From: an uncultured Candidatus Saccharibacteria bacterium
GTDB lineage: Bacteria > Patescibacteriota > Minisyncoccia > 2-02-FULL-40-12 > GWA2-44-9
Assembly: GCA_964444955.1 (NCBI GenBank)
Contig: CAYUJB010000001.1
Span: 77,368 to 141,367, forward strand
Direction: 5' to 3'
Length of the DNA: 64,000 nucleotides
Made by a program: the position numbers and the translations under genes. Of the stretch, positions 47,566 through 57,834 are shown piece after piece. How positions within the stretch are numbered: the stretch's first letter is position 1; every line of letters begins with the position of its first letter. The notes beneath the pieces are model-generated. The model had not been told where the DNA came from, did not search any database, and saw only the letters and a list, made by a program, of their open reading frames with translations.

Positions 47566-49050
47566 ATGCTAAACTGGCTGCACATGCCTGAATATCTCAC
47601 CACCATTGGCCTCGAAATCCATGCGGAGCTCAACACCAAGACCAAGATGTTTTGCGATTCTCGCAACGACGCCCTTGAGAAAACACCCAACACCAACGTC
47701 TGTCCCATCTGTATGGGACATCCTGGTACGTTGCCGGTCATCAATCGCGCCGCAATCGAGAAGATTATCGCCGTTGGGCTAGCACTTGGTTGCTCGATTG
47801 AGAAGCATTCGTTTTTTGAACGCAAAAACTATTTTTACCCCGACCTTCCCAAGGGATACCAAATCTCGCAATTCCAAGTGCCGTTCTGTCGCGAGGGGAA
47901 GCTGGAGGTCAACGGCAAGACCATTCGCATCGAACGTATTCACATGGAAGAAGACGCTGGTAAGCTCATGCACGAGCCAGGCTCTGATTATTCGCTGGTG
48001 GACTACAACCGTGCCGGTGTCCCACTCATGGAATTGGTGACGCATCCTGATCTTTCGGAGGCCGAAGATGTGCGACGATTTGCCACCGAGCTGCAACTGA
48101 TCCTGCGCTACCTGAAAGCATCAGACGCCGACATGGACAAAGGGCAGATGCGCGTCGAGGTAAATCTCTCCGTGCGACCCAAAGGACAGAAAGAATATGG
48201 CACGAAAGTAGAGGTCAAAAACATCAACTCTATTTCTGCTGCTGCAAAATCTGCAGACTATGAGGTGAAGCGCCAGATCGAAACTATCGAATCGGGCGGC
48301 ACACTGGTGCAAGAGACGCGTGGTTGGGACGATGTACACCAAAAAACCGTGAGCCAGCGCACCAAAGAGGGGAGCGCCGACTATCGCTATTTCCCTGAAC
48401 CGGATCTGCCACCCATTGCGCTCACCGATGACGAGATCGAAGCGATCCGTGCGTCACTCCCCGAGCTGCCCGCAGCGCGCCGTGTTCGCTTTGCCTCCGA
48501 GTACGGACTGCCGCAAGCCGATGTGGAGATATTGGTCGTGTTCAAAGAACTGGGCGACTACTTCGAAGAAGTGGTGTCTGAGCTCAAACACGAAGACAAC
48601 CCGCTCACGGGCCAGTCCACTGACTATGGCAAGCTCGCCAAGACTGCGGCCAACTGGCTTATCACCCAGCTGCAGCCCAAGCTCTTTGCTGCTTCGGCCG
48701 TGCCGCATGACACCAAGGTCACCGCTGCATCCTTTGCCGACTTTGTAGTGCGGGTTGCGTCTGGACAGGTGGGTAGTGCTGCTGCGCAGACGCTGCTCCA
48801 GGCGATGTGGGAAACAGGAGAAGACCCTGAAGAGATCATTCGCGACCGAGATCTTGGGCAGGTATCTGACTCCGTCTCGCTCAATCTGTATGTCGAAGAT
48901 GCAATCGCTCAATCTGAAAAAATCGTCGCCGATTTCAAAGCCGGCAAAGAACCCGCTCTCAAGGCTCTGGTGGGTAAAGTGATGGCGTTGTCGAAAGGCA
49001 AAGCGAATCCGCAGTTGGCCGAAGAACTTCTGCGCGAAAAACTGAGATAA
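47566..49050 (+). CDS. gatB: Asp/Glu-tRNA amidotransferase subunit B
   Basis: 494 aa; the GLEIHAEL N-terminus is a GatB/YqeY signature. Confidence 0.95.
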   Translation: MLNWLHMPEYLTTIGLEIHAELNTKTKMFCDSRNDALEKTPNTNVCPICMGHPGTLPVINRAAIEKIIAVGLALGCSIEKHSFFERKNYFYPDLPKGYQISQFQVPFCREGKLEVNGKTIRIERIHMEEDAGKLMHEPGSDYSLVDYNRAGVPLMELVTHPDLSEAEDVRRFATELQLILRYLKASDADMDKGQMRVEVNLSVRPKGQKEYGTKVEVKNINSISAAAKSADYEVKRQIETIESGGTLVQETRGWDDVHQKTVSQRTKEGSADYRYFPEPDLPPIALTDDEIEAIRASLPELPAARRVRFASEYGLPQADVEILVVFKELGDYFEEVVSELKHEDNPLTGQSTDYGKLAKTAANWLITQLQPKLFAASAVPHDTKVTAASFADFVVRVASGQVGSAAAQTLLQAMWETGEDPEEIIRDRDLGQVSDSVSLNLYVEDAIAQSEKIVADFKAGKEPALKALVGKVMALSKGKANPQLAEELLREKLR

Positions 49051-49371
49051 AAAAAAGTCCGCTGGGAGCGGACTATCGGACGGTGACTAACCAGTGGCCA
49101 CAGGGTAGCTCACGGATCCATTTTTGTTCGCGGGCTTTCAGAAAAAGTTCCCGCGTTCCAAAATCAGGTGAGAACGATGCCTGATTGCGAACCATGATGG
49201 CTGTGAGTTTCGACCATAAACCCTTAAACGTAAATATACGATTTTTGAGCGGTCGGAAATGAGATTTTAGTGAGCGCATTCTTGCCTCCGCATAGAGGCT
49301 ACTCTTTTAGATATTACCTGGCAAGTCTCGCGGCATGGCGGACTCATTAGTCGTCATTGTAAGGTGAGACC

Positions 49372-49629
49372 TTACAATGACGTATTTTCCGGGTAGAGGC
49401 GCCATGGGAAAATCCTTCGTGCGAACACCCAGTCGACAAGTTCCTGTGTCTTCCAGCCATTGTGGTTGATATGCTTGATAGCAATTCCTAATACGGCATC
49501 TTCGATGGCAGCATAGGATCTGAGAGACAGATTCTTGAGTGCGCGTAAATCACTTCTGACCTCTATCTCTGGATCCCCAAAACGATAGCGAATCGTCCTT
49601 GTTCGTTTTGGTTCGCGTTCTTTCGCCAT
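49372..49629 (-). CDS. hypothetical protein
   Basis: 85-aa ORF immediately downstream of miaA on the same strand; no recognisable family and no Sm/Hfq motif. Confidence 0.4.
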   Translation of the reverse strand: MAKEREPKRTRTIRYRFGDPEIEVRSDLRALKNLSLRSYAAIEDAVLGIAIKHINHNGWKTQELVDWVFARRIFPWRLYPENTSL

Positions 49630-49671
49630 ACGACCTCCTTAGAGTTGAGTTGTGAAGAGCGGTGACCTACT

Positions 49672-50697
49672 CTACCTCTTGAGTATTGACGTGTCAATAA
49701 TAGAACTTATGAATTTAAATGTATTACTTTTCATTTGTATCCAATGAATATCTTTATTTCGCTTCCACCAGGTGAGCTGGCGTTTTGAGTAGGCAATGAT
49801 GTCTGCGAGCAATGCGTTCCGCATCGCTCGCAATGACAAATGAGTAATGCCCAATGACGAATGAAGAGAGGAACGTTTCCGATTCTTCATTATCAACTTG
49901 TCATTTTTCATTTGTAAATATCTTGCTACCCAGCGATATTCGAGGCCGAAGGATTCCAGTCGTTTCCAGGATACCCCGTTAGAGGCGGACCCGCCTCTAA
50001 CGGGGCGAGCACCAGAGGCATGGAGGCGCTGCACTTCTGCAACCATCCCACCGCGTAGCCGAGCGTCGAGGCGTTTGGTGATTCGACGCAGAAGCGTAGA
50101 GCGTGAAGGGGTAAGGGCTAAGTACAGAACGGAATACCGAGATTGTAGAAGATGCCCTTCTACAAGGGGCGGGACTGGTTTGCCGGTGGTAAGCACGATT
50201 TCGAGTGCGCGGATGAGGCGGACGGGGTTATGACGGTCGATTGCTTTGGCGCGGACGGGGTCGAGCTTTTTGAGGCGGTGAAATAACTCGCTAACCGATA
50301 ATTTAGATAACTCTTTGCGGAGGACCGCGTTCGGCTTCACATCGGGGAGCGATTGATCATAGACGAGCGCATCGATCCAAAATCCGGTGCCACCACAGAT
50401 GATGGGGAGTTTGCCGCGCCGGAGGATGTCGCGGATTGCTTTTTGCCCGTCGCGCTTAAAATGTGCCACGGTGTACTGGCGTGTAGGGGAGGCGATATCG
50501 ATTAGCCAATGGCGAGCGAGGCGCTGCTCTCGCTTCGTTACTTTGCCGGTGCCGATATCCATACCGCGATAGACTTGGCGCGAATCAGCAGAAATAATCT
50601 CGCCGTTGAATTTTCGCGCTAACGAAATAGCAAGATCAGATTTTCCTGATGCAGTAGGACCGGCGATTACCAGAATGCGGGGAGATTTGATTTTCAT
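49672..50697 (-). CDS. miaA: tRNA dimethylallyltransferase
   Basis: P-loop IAGPTASGKS and SADSRQVYRGMDIGTGK. Confidence 0.9.
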   Translation of the reverse strand: MKIKSPRILVIAGPTASGKSDLAISLARKFNGEIISADSRQVYRGMDIGTGKVTKREQRLARHWLIDIASPTRQYTVAHFKRDGQKAIRDILRRGKLPIICGGTGFWIDALVYDQSLPDVKPNAVLRKELSKLSVSELFHRLKKLDPVRAKAIDRHNPVRLIRALEIVLTTGKPVPPLVEGHLLQSRYSVLYLALTPSRSTLLRRITKRLDARLRGGMVAEVQRLHASGARPVRGGSASNGVSWKRLESFGLEYRWVARYLQMKNDKLIMKNRKRSSLHSSLGITHLSLRAMRNALLADIIAYSKRQLTWWKRNKDIHWIQMKSNTFKFISSIIDTSILKR

Positions 50698-50750
50698 CGA
50701 ATTGCGTGGTATAATATACCCTAGCTCGTTTACTTATACAAGGAGGCGAT

Positions 50751-51347
50751 ATGCGTCGATGGTGGGTCTCGTGGCCAATGGCAGTGTCTCTCGTGGCGTC
50801 GGTGGTAAATGTCGAGCTCATCTTAATTCCGATATTCGTAGCGCAGGGGATGACGGGAGCTTCGCTTTTCATAGCAACAGCCGTGGCGGCGTCAGTCGAG
50901 GTGTCGTACTGGTACTGGTTCGCTGGCTGGCTGGGCAGACAAGCCCCCTTTATTCCAGCGGTGCGCAACACTGTTACGGAATTTCAAGGCGAGGGCTTCG
51001 TGGCTCGTGTTCGTACCCAAATTGATGCTGGTATCGGACTCTTCAACGCGATGTGGGATTGGTTCACGCAGCGAATGCACCAACAGATGGCCGCGCACAA
51101 TCCCGTATCACGCTTTTTGCTCGATAACGCACTCCGTATCATTCAGGTCAGTCCGCGCGGCATGATGTACCCCTTAATGATGGGGCTGGGGTTGTGTCCA
51201 TTGGGTTGGATTCCCGGCATACTCCTGTGCCGTCAAACGCGGCAGCGAGGCGCCTTCGTAACGCTGCTCGTGTTTAACGCGATCAAGACCTACGCAGTCG
51301 GTCTTGGGTGGACGGCGACCCTGCATCACATTATGGCGTTGCCCTAG
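50751..51347 (+). CDS. hypothetical integral membrane protein
   Basis: 198 aa with multiple TM helices. Confidence 0.5.
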   Translation: MRRWWVSWPMAVSLVASVVNVELILIPIFVAQGMTGASLFIATAVAASVEVSYWYWFAGWLGRQAPFIPAVRNTVTEFQGEGFVARVRTQIDAGIGLFNAMWDWFTQRMHQQMAAHNPVSRFLLDNALRIIQVSPRGMMYPLMMGLGLCPLGWIPGILLCRQTRQRGAFVTLLVFNAIKTYAVGLGWTATLHHIMALP

Positions 51348-51379
51348 CTCGCCTACCACTACCTCTCGGGGTAGTGGTT

Positions 51380-53119
51380 TTATTTTTTCGAGGATTGTTC
51401 CTGGAGAAGCAATGCAAGGAAATCCTCAAGCTTTAGCTGCCCAAGATCTTCACCACCGCGACGGCGCACCGAAATGACACTGGCGGCGATATCCTTATCG
51501 CCCAGAATGATTGCGTAGGGGACTTTCATGGTTTCGGTTGCGCGAATCTTCTTCCCAATCGTATCGTTGTCGGTGTTGAGTTCTACGCGAATCCCGGCTT
51601 TTTTGAGCGCTTCCGCTACACTTGCCGCGTGCTCAAGATGCTTCTCACTAATGGGCAGCACCGACACCTGTACTGGTGAGAGCCAGAGCGGGAATGCTCC
51701 TGCAAAATGCTCGATGGCTATAGACAGGAATCGCTCGATGGATCCCATGATCGCCGCGTGAATCATAACGATACGCTCCTTCTCTGCTTTCTCATTGATA
51801 CAGGTCAGGTCAAATCGCTCGGGCATATTCATGTCCAGTTGAATGGTAGCGACCTGCCACTCGCGACCGAGTGAGTCCTTTGCCAGGAAATCGAGCTTTG
51901 GCCCATAGAATGCCGCTTCGCCAAGACCATCGATGTACTCCACGTTTTTTTCCTTCACGATTTCTTCGAGGATTCCCTCGGCAGTTGCCCATTGGCCCGG
52001 GTCGCCAAGGAATTTTTCGGGATGAGCGGGATCGTGACGCGAAAGCCGTACCTGGAGGGCGAATCCGAACGGGGGATAGAATTCATGGATGATATCCCAG
52101 ATTTTCAGAAACTCCTCCTTTACTTGCGACATACGGCAGAATACGTGGGCGTCGTCTTGCGCGAAGGCGCGTACGCGCGAGAGTCCTGAGAGCTCGCCAG
52201 TTTGCTCGTCACGATAGCAGGTGGTCGTGTTCGCGTAACGCTGCGGGAGCTCACGGTAGCTGTGCTGTTTGCGCGCGTAGATCTGCGTGTGATGGGGGCA
52301 GTTCATTGGCTTCATCGCGAACTCATGCCCCTCGCGTGTTTTGATGCGAAAGAGATCGTTTTGATACTTTTCCCAGTGGCCCGACGTTTCGTAGAGCGCA
52401 CGCTTGGTGATGTGGGGGATTTCTACTTTCTGGTATCCATGTTTTTCACGCAAAGACCATACGAAATCATCGAGCAGATTGCGAACCAACGTCCCGCGAG
52501 GCGTCCACAGTGGCAGCCCTGGGCCTACCAAATCTGAAAAGGTAAAGAGATCGAGTGCTGGGCCAAGAATCTTATGGTCCCGCTTTTTTGCTTCCTCGCG
52601 CATGGTGATATGTGCGGCAAGGTCGTCACTGGTGGCAAATGCGAGCCCGTAGATGCGCGTGAGCTGGGCGTTTTTCTCGTCACCGCGCCAGTAGGCACCG
52701 GCGAGTTTATCGAGCTTGAATGAATTGGCATCGATGGAAGAAGGATTTTCGACGTGGCCACCGCGACACAGGTCGGTAAATTCGCCAGAGGTGTAGAGTG
52801 TGATAGTTTCGCCTTTGGCAACAATCTCATCGACAAGCTCGAGCTTGTAGGGGTTGTTTGCAAAAAGTTCCCGAGCTTCGGCGGCGTCTACCTCGCGATG
52901 GGTAAATGCGGTCCATCTCGGCAATAGCTTCTTCATCTCTTTTTCTATCTTGGGCAGCGCCTCATCCGAGATGGGGGATGCAAATGCAAAGTCATAGTAA
53001 AAACCCGTATCGATAGCAGGTCCAATCGTGCGCTTAGCATCGGGGTAGAGCCGCAGCACTGCGGCCGCCAAAAGGTGGGCAAGGGTGTGCCGCTGATGCT
53101 CGAGGTTGGTTGCGTCCAT
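51380..53119 (-). CDS. thrS: threonyl-tRNA synthetase (lacks N-terminal TGS domain)
   Basis: 579 aa. Begins at the editing-domain motif HTLAHLLAAAV, then the class II core and anticodon-binding domain. Confidence 0.95.
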   Translation of the reverse strand: MDATNLEHQRHTLAHLLAAAVLRLYPDAKRTIGPAIDTGFYYDFAFASPISDEALPKIEKEMKKLLPRWTAFTHREVDAAEARELFANNPYKLELVDEIVAKGETITLYTSGEFTDLCRGGHVENPSSIDANSFKLDKLAGAYWRGDEKNAQLTRIYGLAFATSDDLAAHITMREEAKKRDHKILGPALDLFTFSDLVGPGLPLWTPRGTLVRNLLDDFVWSLREKHGYQKVEIPHITKRALYETSGHWEKYQNDLFRIKTREGHEFAMKPMNCPHHTQIYARKQHSYRELPQRYANTTTCYRDEQTGELSGLSRVRAFAQDDAHVFCRMSQVKEEFLKIWDIIHEFYPPFGFALQVRLSRHDPAHPEKFLGDPGQWATAEGILEEIVKEKNVEYIDGLGEAAFYGPKLDFLAKDSLGREWQVATIQLDMNMPERFDLTCINEKAEKERIVMIHAAIMGSIERFLSIAIEHFAGAFPLWLSPVQVSVLPISEKHLEHAASVAEALKKAGIRVELNTDNDTIGKKIRATETMKVPYAIILGDKDIAASVISVRRRGGEDLGQLKLEDFLALLLQEQSSKK

Positions 53120-53212
53120 AGTGTGAGTATCCTAGCAAATAGAGGGCCTGGTCGCAATGAAACTTGCGATAATACAAGATATATGTTATAAAATAGCCCG
53201 AGAGGAGATTGC

Positions 53213-53464
53213 ATGAATAGCATTGAGCGTGAGGTGTTCACCCGGGTGCTGTACGAGTTCTTGATGGCTCGAATCGCAAATGCACCAGTCGGCGGATCGA
53301 TAGTGATCATTAGCCTCGAGAGGAGTCTTGCGCAATCTATCGCGCGTAATGCCCTTGAGCCGTCGCGGTACAGTCCTCAAGAGCTCGCAGAGCGCGTTGA
53401 GATCGCAAGAGTAGTCGTGGCTCGCATCAAGCGCGAGCTGCGATCAAAGAAGGCTCCGCGGTAG
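53213..53464 (+). CDS. hypothetical small protein
   Basis: 83 aa with a basic C-terminus; followed by a strong terminator. Confidence 0.45.
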   Translation: MNSIEREVFTRVLYEFLMARIANAPVGGSIVIISLERSLAQSIARNALEPSRYSPQELAERVEIARVVVARIKRELRSKKAPR

Positions 53465-53468
53465 TAGC

Positions 53469-53499
53469 AGCCCCTCGCCGTTTGCGAGGGGCTTTTTTA
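53469..53499 (+). terminator. rho-independent terminator
   Basis: gcccctcgc-cgtttg-cgaggggc followed by ttttttat. Confidence 0.8.
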
Positions 53500-56400
53500 T
53501 GCAACGATAGCGATCGGTTTAGCGGTATCACAGAGAAGCTTCATGTTGCCATCGCGATTGTCGATCTTGCCCGACAAGATCACTACGGTATTGGGCGCCC
53601 AGGCGTTTTGTGTTTTTTCTAGTACCGTGGGGAATACCACTACTTCGATTTTGCTCGTGAGGTCCTCGACTGTTGAAAAGAGCATTGCCTTGCCGGTCTT
53701 GGTGATAATCTTGTGGTTGGAAAGGACGAGGCCGGCGATGCGAGCGACTTGCCCGGGGTTGGGCTTGAGATCACGAATGGCGGTGGGCTTTTCCAGATTA
53801 ATGCGTGCGGCGTACTCATTGAGTGGGTGGTCGCTTACGTACAGACCAATGAGTTCTTTTTCCCAACGCAAACGCTCCGCCTTCGATGAGGGGGCCGCGG
53901 GGGAGAGCTTCACGGCAGGGAGCTCGACCGTGAGTTCGTCACCAAAGAGCGATACTTGTCCCATGGTAGAGTGCTTTTGCTTTTCACGGGCATGGATGAG
54001 AAGGGTGTCGATGTTGGCTAGCAGGGTATTGCGCTCACCAAACTGATCAAGCGCGCCGCACTTGGCGAGGGTCTCCAGTGATTTGCGCGACAGATCTTTG
54101 TGTTGAATGCGCGTGATGAGATTTTCGATATCACCAAACACGCCACCGGTTTTGCGTTCGGTGATAATGGCGCTTACGATATTGACCCCGATATTTTTGA
54201 CAGCAGTAAGACCGAAGCGGAGGGTTGGCTTTTCGGCATTGGGCACCACGGTAAACCGCTCCGCACTCTCATTAATGTCGGGTGGAAGCACCTGGATATT
54301 CATTTGGCGCGCTTCGTCGACAAGAAAGGCGATGCGTTCAATGTCGCCGGTTTCTGAATTCATAAACGACGCCATGAATTCAGAGGGATAGTTGGCTTTC
54401 AGGTAGGCGGTCTGGTAGGCGACCATCGCATAGCAGGCGGCATGACTGCGATTGAACGCATACCGGTTGAACGGCTCTACAAGCTCCCAGAATCTATTGG
54501 CAATGGCCGCAGGTGTGCCGGTGGTGGCGCATCCTTCTTTGAATTTTCCTTCTTGCTCATCCATGAGCGATTTGATTTTCTTTCCGACGGCTTTGCGCAT
54601 CACATCCGCTTCGGCGAGCGTGAATCCCGCCAGCGCTCGCACGGCTGCCATGAGCTGCTCTTGGTAGACCATCACCCCGTGGGTGTTTTTGAGGATTGGC
54701 TCGAGCGAGTGATGGAGGTACTCAACGCGCTGTCGTCCGTGCTTGCGCTCGATGTAGTCGGGGATAAGGTCCATGGGTCCTGGGCGATACAGCGCGACCA
54801 TGGCAATGATGTCTTCGATTTCGGTTGGCTTGAGCTCTTTGAGGTAGCGTTTCATTCCGGATGACTCGAGTTGGAATACGCCAGTTGTTTTGGCGAGCCG
54901 CAAGAGCTTGAATGTCTTGGCGTCGTCGAGCGGGATGGCGTCAATGTTGATGGTGATGCCGTGATTTTCCTGCACCATGCGGAGCGTGTCTTCGATGATG
55001 GTGAGGTTGGCAAGGCCGAGAAAATCCATTTTGAGAAGGCCCAAGTCTTCGACGGCGTGCATTTCATACTGCGAGATGATATCGCCCTCATGGGTGCCTT
55101 GTTGAAGGGGAACATACTCGGTCAGCGGCTTTGGCGTGATCACGACTGCGCAGGCGTGGGTGGACGCATGACGCACCACCCCTTCGAGCTTAGAGGCAGC
55201 ATCGATAAGCGCTTTGGCCTGTGCGTCAGAAGCGTACAGCGTCTTGACCTCGTCGATGGTCTCGACGCAATGGGTGAGAAAGGGCTTTCCTGCGCGTTTG
55301 CCGGGGTAGTCGGGGACCGGCCCGCCGGGGATGAGCTTGGCGACACGATCACAGAAGTCGTACGCGTAGCCCAGCGCGCGTCCCGCATCGCGAATACTGC
55401 CACGTGCAGCCATGGTTCCGAAGGTGATAATCTGCGCCACATGATCATGGCCGTACTTTTCGGCAACATAGGCGAGTACTTCGGCGCGGCGTGCATCCGC
55501 GAAATCCAAATCAATATCGGGTTGACTGATACGTGCGGGATTGAGGAAGCGCTCGAAGAGAAGGTTGTACTTGAGTGGGTCAACGTTGGTGATGTTGAGG
55601 AGATAGGAGACGAGTGAGCCCGCTGCTGAACCGCGCCCTGGGCCGACGAAAATGCCACGATCTTTTGCCCAATTCACGAAATCTTGGACGATAAGAAAGT
55701 ACCCTGCAAATCCGGACTGCCTAATAATGTCGAGCTCGTAGTCGAGTCGCTCCTGCACGTGAGTGCCGCTGGACGAACCATAGCGACCTGTGAGTCCCTG
55801 GTGGGCTAGTACAGCAAGATAGTCCGCAGGATCTGTGTGTCCCTCGGGGAGCGGAAAGCTGGGCAGGTGCATCGCGCCAAGCTCGATCGTGAGCTTGCAA
55901 CGATCCGCGATGGCGACGGTGTTGCCAAACGCCTCGGCGCGCACATCATCGGAGAGCGACGCAAACTTCGTCTCCATGTCGGCGGCAGAACAAAACGAGA
56001 AGTCGTCCTGGTTCATCGAGAAACGTTTTTCGTCGTGGATGGTGTTTCCCGTTTGTACCGCAAGCAGAATGTCATGCGCTTGCGCATCTTCCGGCGTACA
56101 GTAGTGAGAGTCTTGGGTTGCTACCAAGCCAATACCCAGCTCGCGTGCGAGTGCGACAAGTTTGGGAGTTGTCGTGTTTTGCTCCGGCATGTTCGCGTGC
56201 ATCTGAAGCTCGATAAAATAATTATCCTTGCCCATGATGTCTACGTACTCACGCGCGATTTTGCGCGCAGTTTCGTCGGCGCCCTTCATGAGCGCTTGTG
56301 AGACTTCGCCACCAAGACACGACGAGAGCGCAATCAGTCCCTCGTGATGCGCACGCAAAAGTTCGCGATCGATACGGGGTTTGTAGTAGAAACCTTCCAG

Positions 56401-56730
56401 GTGTGCGGCGGTCACCATTTTGACCAGGTTGCGGTAGCCGATTTCGTTGGTGGCAAGCAAGATCAGGTGAGCGCGTTTGTCGGTGTCGATACCCGGCCGT
56501 TTGTCGTGGCGCGACGCATCAGTGATGTACATCTCGCACCCGATGATTGGCTTGATGCCTGCTTTCGTGGCCTTCTTATAAAACTCGATAGCACCGTAGA
56601 GCACCCCGTGATCGGTGAGCGCCATGGCGGTCATGCCATGGTCTTTGGCGCGTGCCACCAGCGCATCAATCTTTGAAAGTCCATCTAATAACGAGTAGTG
56701 GCTATGGGTGTGGAGATGGACGAAGGACAT
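53497..56730 (-). CDS. dnaE: DNA polymerase III alpha subunit
   Basis: 1077 aa. PHP domain N-terminus MSFVHLHTHSHYSLLDG, pol III core, and OB fold. Confidence 0.95.
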   Translation of the reverse strand: MSFVHLHTHSHYSLLDGLSKIDALVARAKDHGMTAMALTDHGVLYGAIEFYKKATKAGIKPIIGCEMYITDASRHDKRPGIDTDKRAHLILLATNEIGYRNLVKMVTAAHLEGFYYKPRIDRELLRAHHEGLIALSSCLGGEVSQALMKGADETARKIAREYVDIMGKDNYFIELQMHANMPEQNTTTPKLVALARELGIGLVATQDSHYCTPEDAQAHDILLAVQTGNTIHDEKRFSMNQDDFSFCSAADMETKFASLSDDVRAEAFGNTVAIADRCKLTIELGAMHLPSFPLPEGHTDPADYLAVLAHQGLTGRYGSSSGTHVQERLDYELDIIRQSGFAGYFLIVQDFVNWAKDRGIFVGPGRGSAAGSLVSYLLNITNVDPLKYNLLFERFLNPARISQPDIDLDFADARRAEVLAYVAEKYGHDHVAQIITFGTMAARGSIRDAGRALGYAYDFCDRVAKLIPGGPVPDYPGKRAGKPFLTHCVETIDEVKTLYASDAQAKALIDAASKLEGVVRHASTHACAVVITPKPLTEYVPLQQGTHEGDIISQYEMHAVEDLGLLKMDFLGLANLTIIEDTLRMVQENHGITINIDAIPLDDAKTFKLLRLAKTTGVFQLESSGMKRYLKELKPTEIEDIIAMVALYRPGPMDLIPDYIERKHGRQRVEYLHHSLEPILKNTHGVMVYQEQLMAAVRALAGFTLAEADVMRKAVGKKIKSLMDEQEGKFKEGCATTGTPAAIANRFWELVEPFNRYAFNRSHAACYAMVAYQTAYLKANYPSEFMASFMNSETGDIERIAFLVDEARQMNIQVLPPDINESAERFTVVPNAEKPTLRFGLTAVKNIGVNIVSAIITERKTGGVFGDIENLITRIQHKDLSRKSLETLAKCGALDQFGERNTLLANIDTLLIHAREKQKHSTMGQVSLFGDELTVELPAVKLSPAAPSSKAERLRWEKELIGLYVSDHPLNEYAARINLEKPTAIRDLKPNPGQVARIAGLVLSNHKIITKTGKAMLFSTVEDLTSKIEVVVFPTVLEKTQNAWAPNTVVILSGKIDNRDGNMKLLCDTAKPIAIVA

Positions 56731-56824
56731 GTTCGTAGTATATCTGTTCTCACGCTCGGCTCAACCTAGTGGGCCAGGCTCATTCGTGGTATAAGAAAGT
56801 CTGTTTTTTACCAAGGAGCAAAGT

Positions 56825-57466
56825 ATGAACGATGCTACGATACAAAAGGTTCTCGAGCTCGATGAACGGTATTTTGGCCGCCGTCCACTCCCGCGCCTTA
56901 TCCGCGCCATGGCAGCACAGGTCGAAGCAATGCAGAAGACCCCGACGCGCACGAATGTCCATAAGCAGCTCGGAGATCTTCTCTTTATCATCACATCCGT
57001 CGCCCGTAATAATGGCTGGACACTTGAGGAGCTTCTCGGGGATACTCTCGCAAATCTGGAGAATCGGCGTAGCGCTCGCCACTACTACGAAGCTCATGTC
57101 ACCATCGAGCCGGTATTCGAGGATCGGCTCCAGGAACTGACGCATCTCGCTGAGATGAATGGATTTCGAGTTGCCACCCTCTTGATGCAGCAGCGTCCTG
57201 AGGATACTCCAGAGCGCTCAAAGAACGATGCATTTTGCACTGCGCGCGGCGTATCTTATTCAGATCTTCTCGATCGCACCCTTGAGTTTGTCGCTCTCTT
57301 ACGGGAGAAGGGATTTACCACGTGGCGCTATAAGATTGAGAGCACACTTCTCGATTCTCGGTACGACGATTCCTTAGCTCCTCTGGATCGAGCGAGTATT
57401 CCGCAAAAGGAGCGAGATCCGCTGGCGCCTGCTGACGGTGCGCTCGCTGGTCGGAGAGAGGCGTAG
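56825..57466 (+). CDS. MazG-like NTP pyrophosphohydrolase domain protein
   Basis: N-terminal half has a MazG-like EE/ELGDLLF helix pair; the C-terminal half is unassigned. Confidence 0.5.
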   Translation: MNDATIQKVLELDERYFGRRPLPRLIRAMAAQVEAMQKTPTRTNVHKQLGDLLFIITSVARNNGWTLEELLGDTLANLENRRSARHYYEAHVTIEPVFEDRLQELTHLAEMNGFRVATLLMQQRPEDTPERSKNDAFCTARGVSYSDLLDRTLEFVALLREKGFTTWRYKIESTLLDSRYDDSLAPLDRASIPQKERDPLAPADGALAGRREA

Positions 57467-57469
57467 ATA

Positions 57470-57503
57470 CCCACCCCCAACGGAAACGTGGGGGGTGTTT
57501 TTG
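57470..57503 (+). terminator. rho-independent terminator
   Basis: cacccccaacg-gaaa-cgtggggggtg followed by ttttt. Confidence 0.75.
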
Positions 57504-57577
57504 AGAGTATTGCCTGATACGAATTGCTGTGGTATCATTGGCTCCACAGCAAGTATCTATAACTAATACCTTACGAC

Positions 57578-57802
57578 ATGGGCGTTCCACGACATCATAT
57601 GGCAAAGGGCAAGCAGCTGCGCCGCCGCAGCCACCTGGCCCTCAAGAAGCAAACACTGCAGGCATGCAGTCAGTGCAAGAAAATGATACAATCACACACA
57701 GTGTGTAAGTATTGCGGCTACTATAAAGGTCGCGAAGTGGTCAATGTGCTCGCGAAGCAAATGAAGAAAGCGGAAAAGAAAAAGCAGCAGGCAGCGAAGT
57801 AA
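57578..57802 (+). CDS. rpmF: 50S ribosomal protein L32
   Basis: RRSHLAL...C..C...[13 protein letters not shown] zinc-ribbon pattern typical of L32. Confidence 0.75.
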   Translation: MGVPRHHMAKGKQLRRRSHLALKKQTLQACSQCKKMIQSHTVCKYCGYYKGREVVNVLAKQMKKAEKKKQQAAK

Positions 57803-57834
57803 TAGCGAAGGTTCGTTCATCCCAACATTACTCA

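Noticed and set aside
49073-49279. 68-aa ORF on the minus strand in the gatB-miaA spacer
   Set aside because: No RBS. It overlaps predicted hairpins and terminators, so is more likely noncoding.
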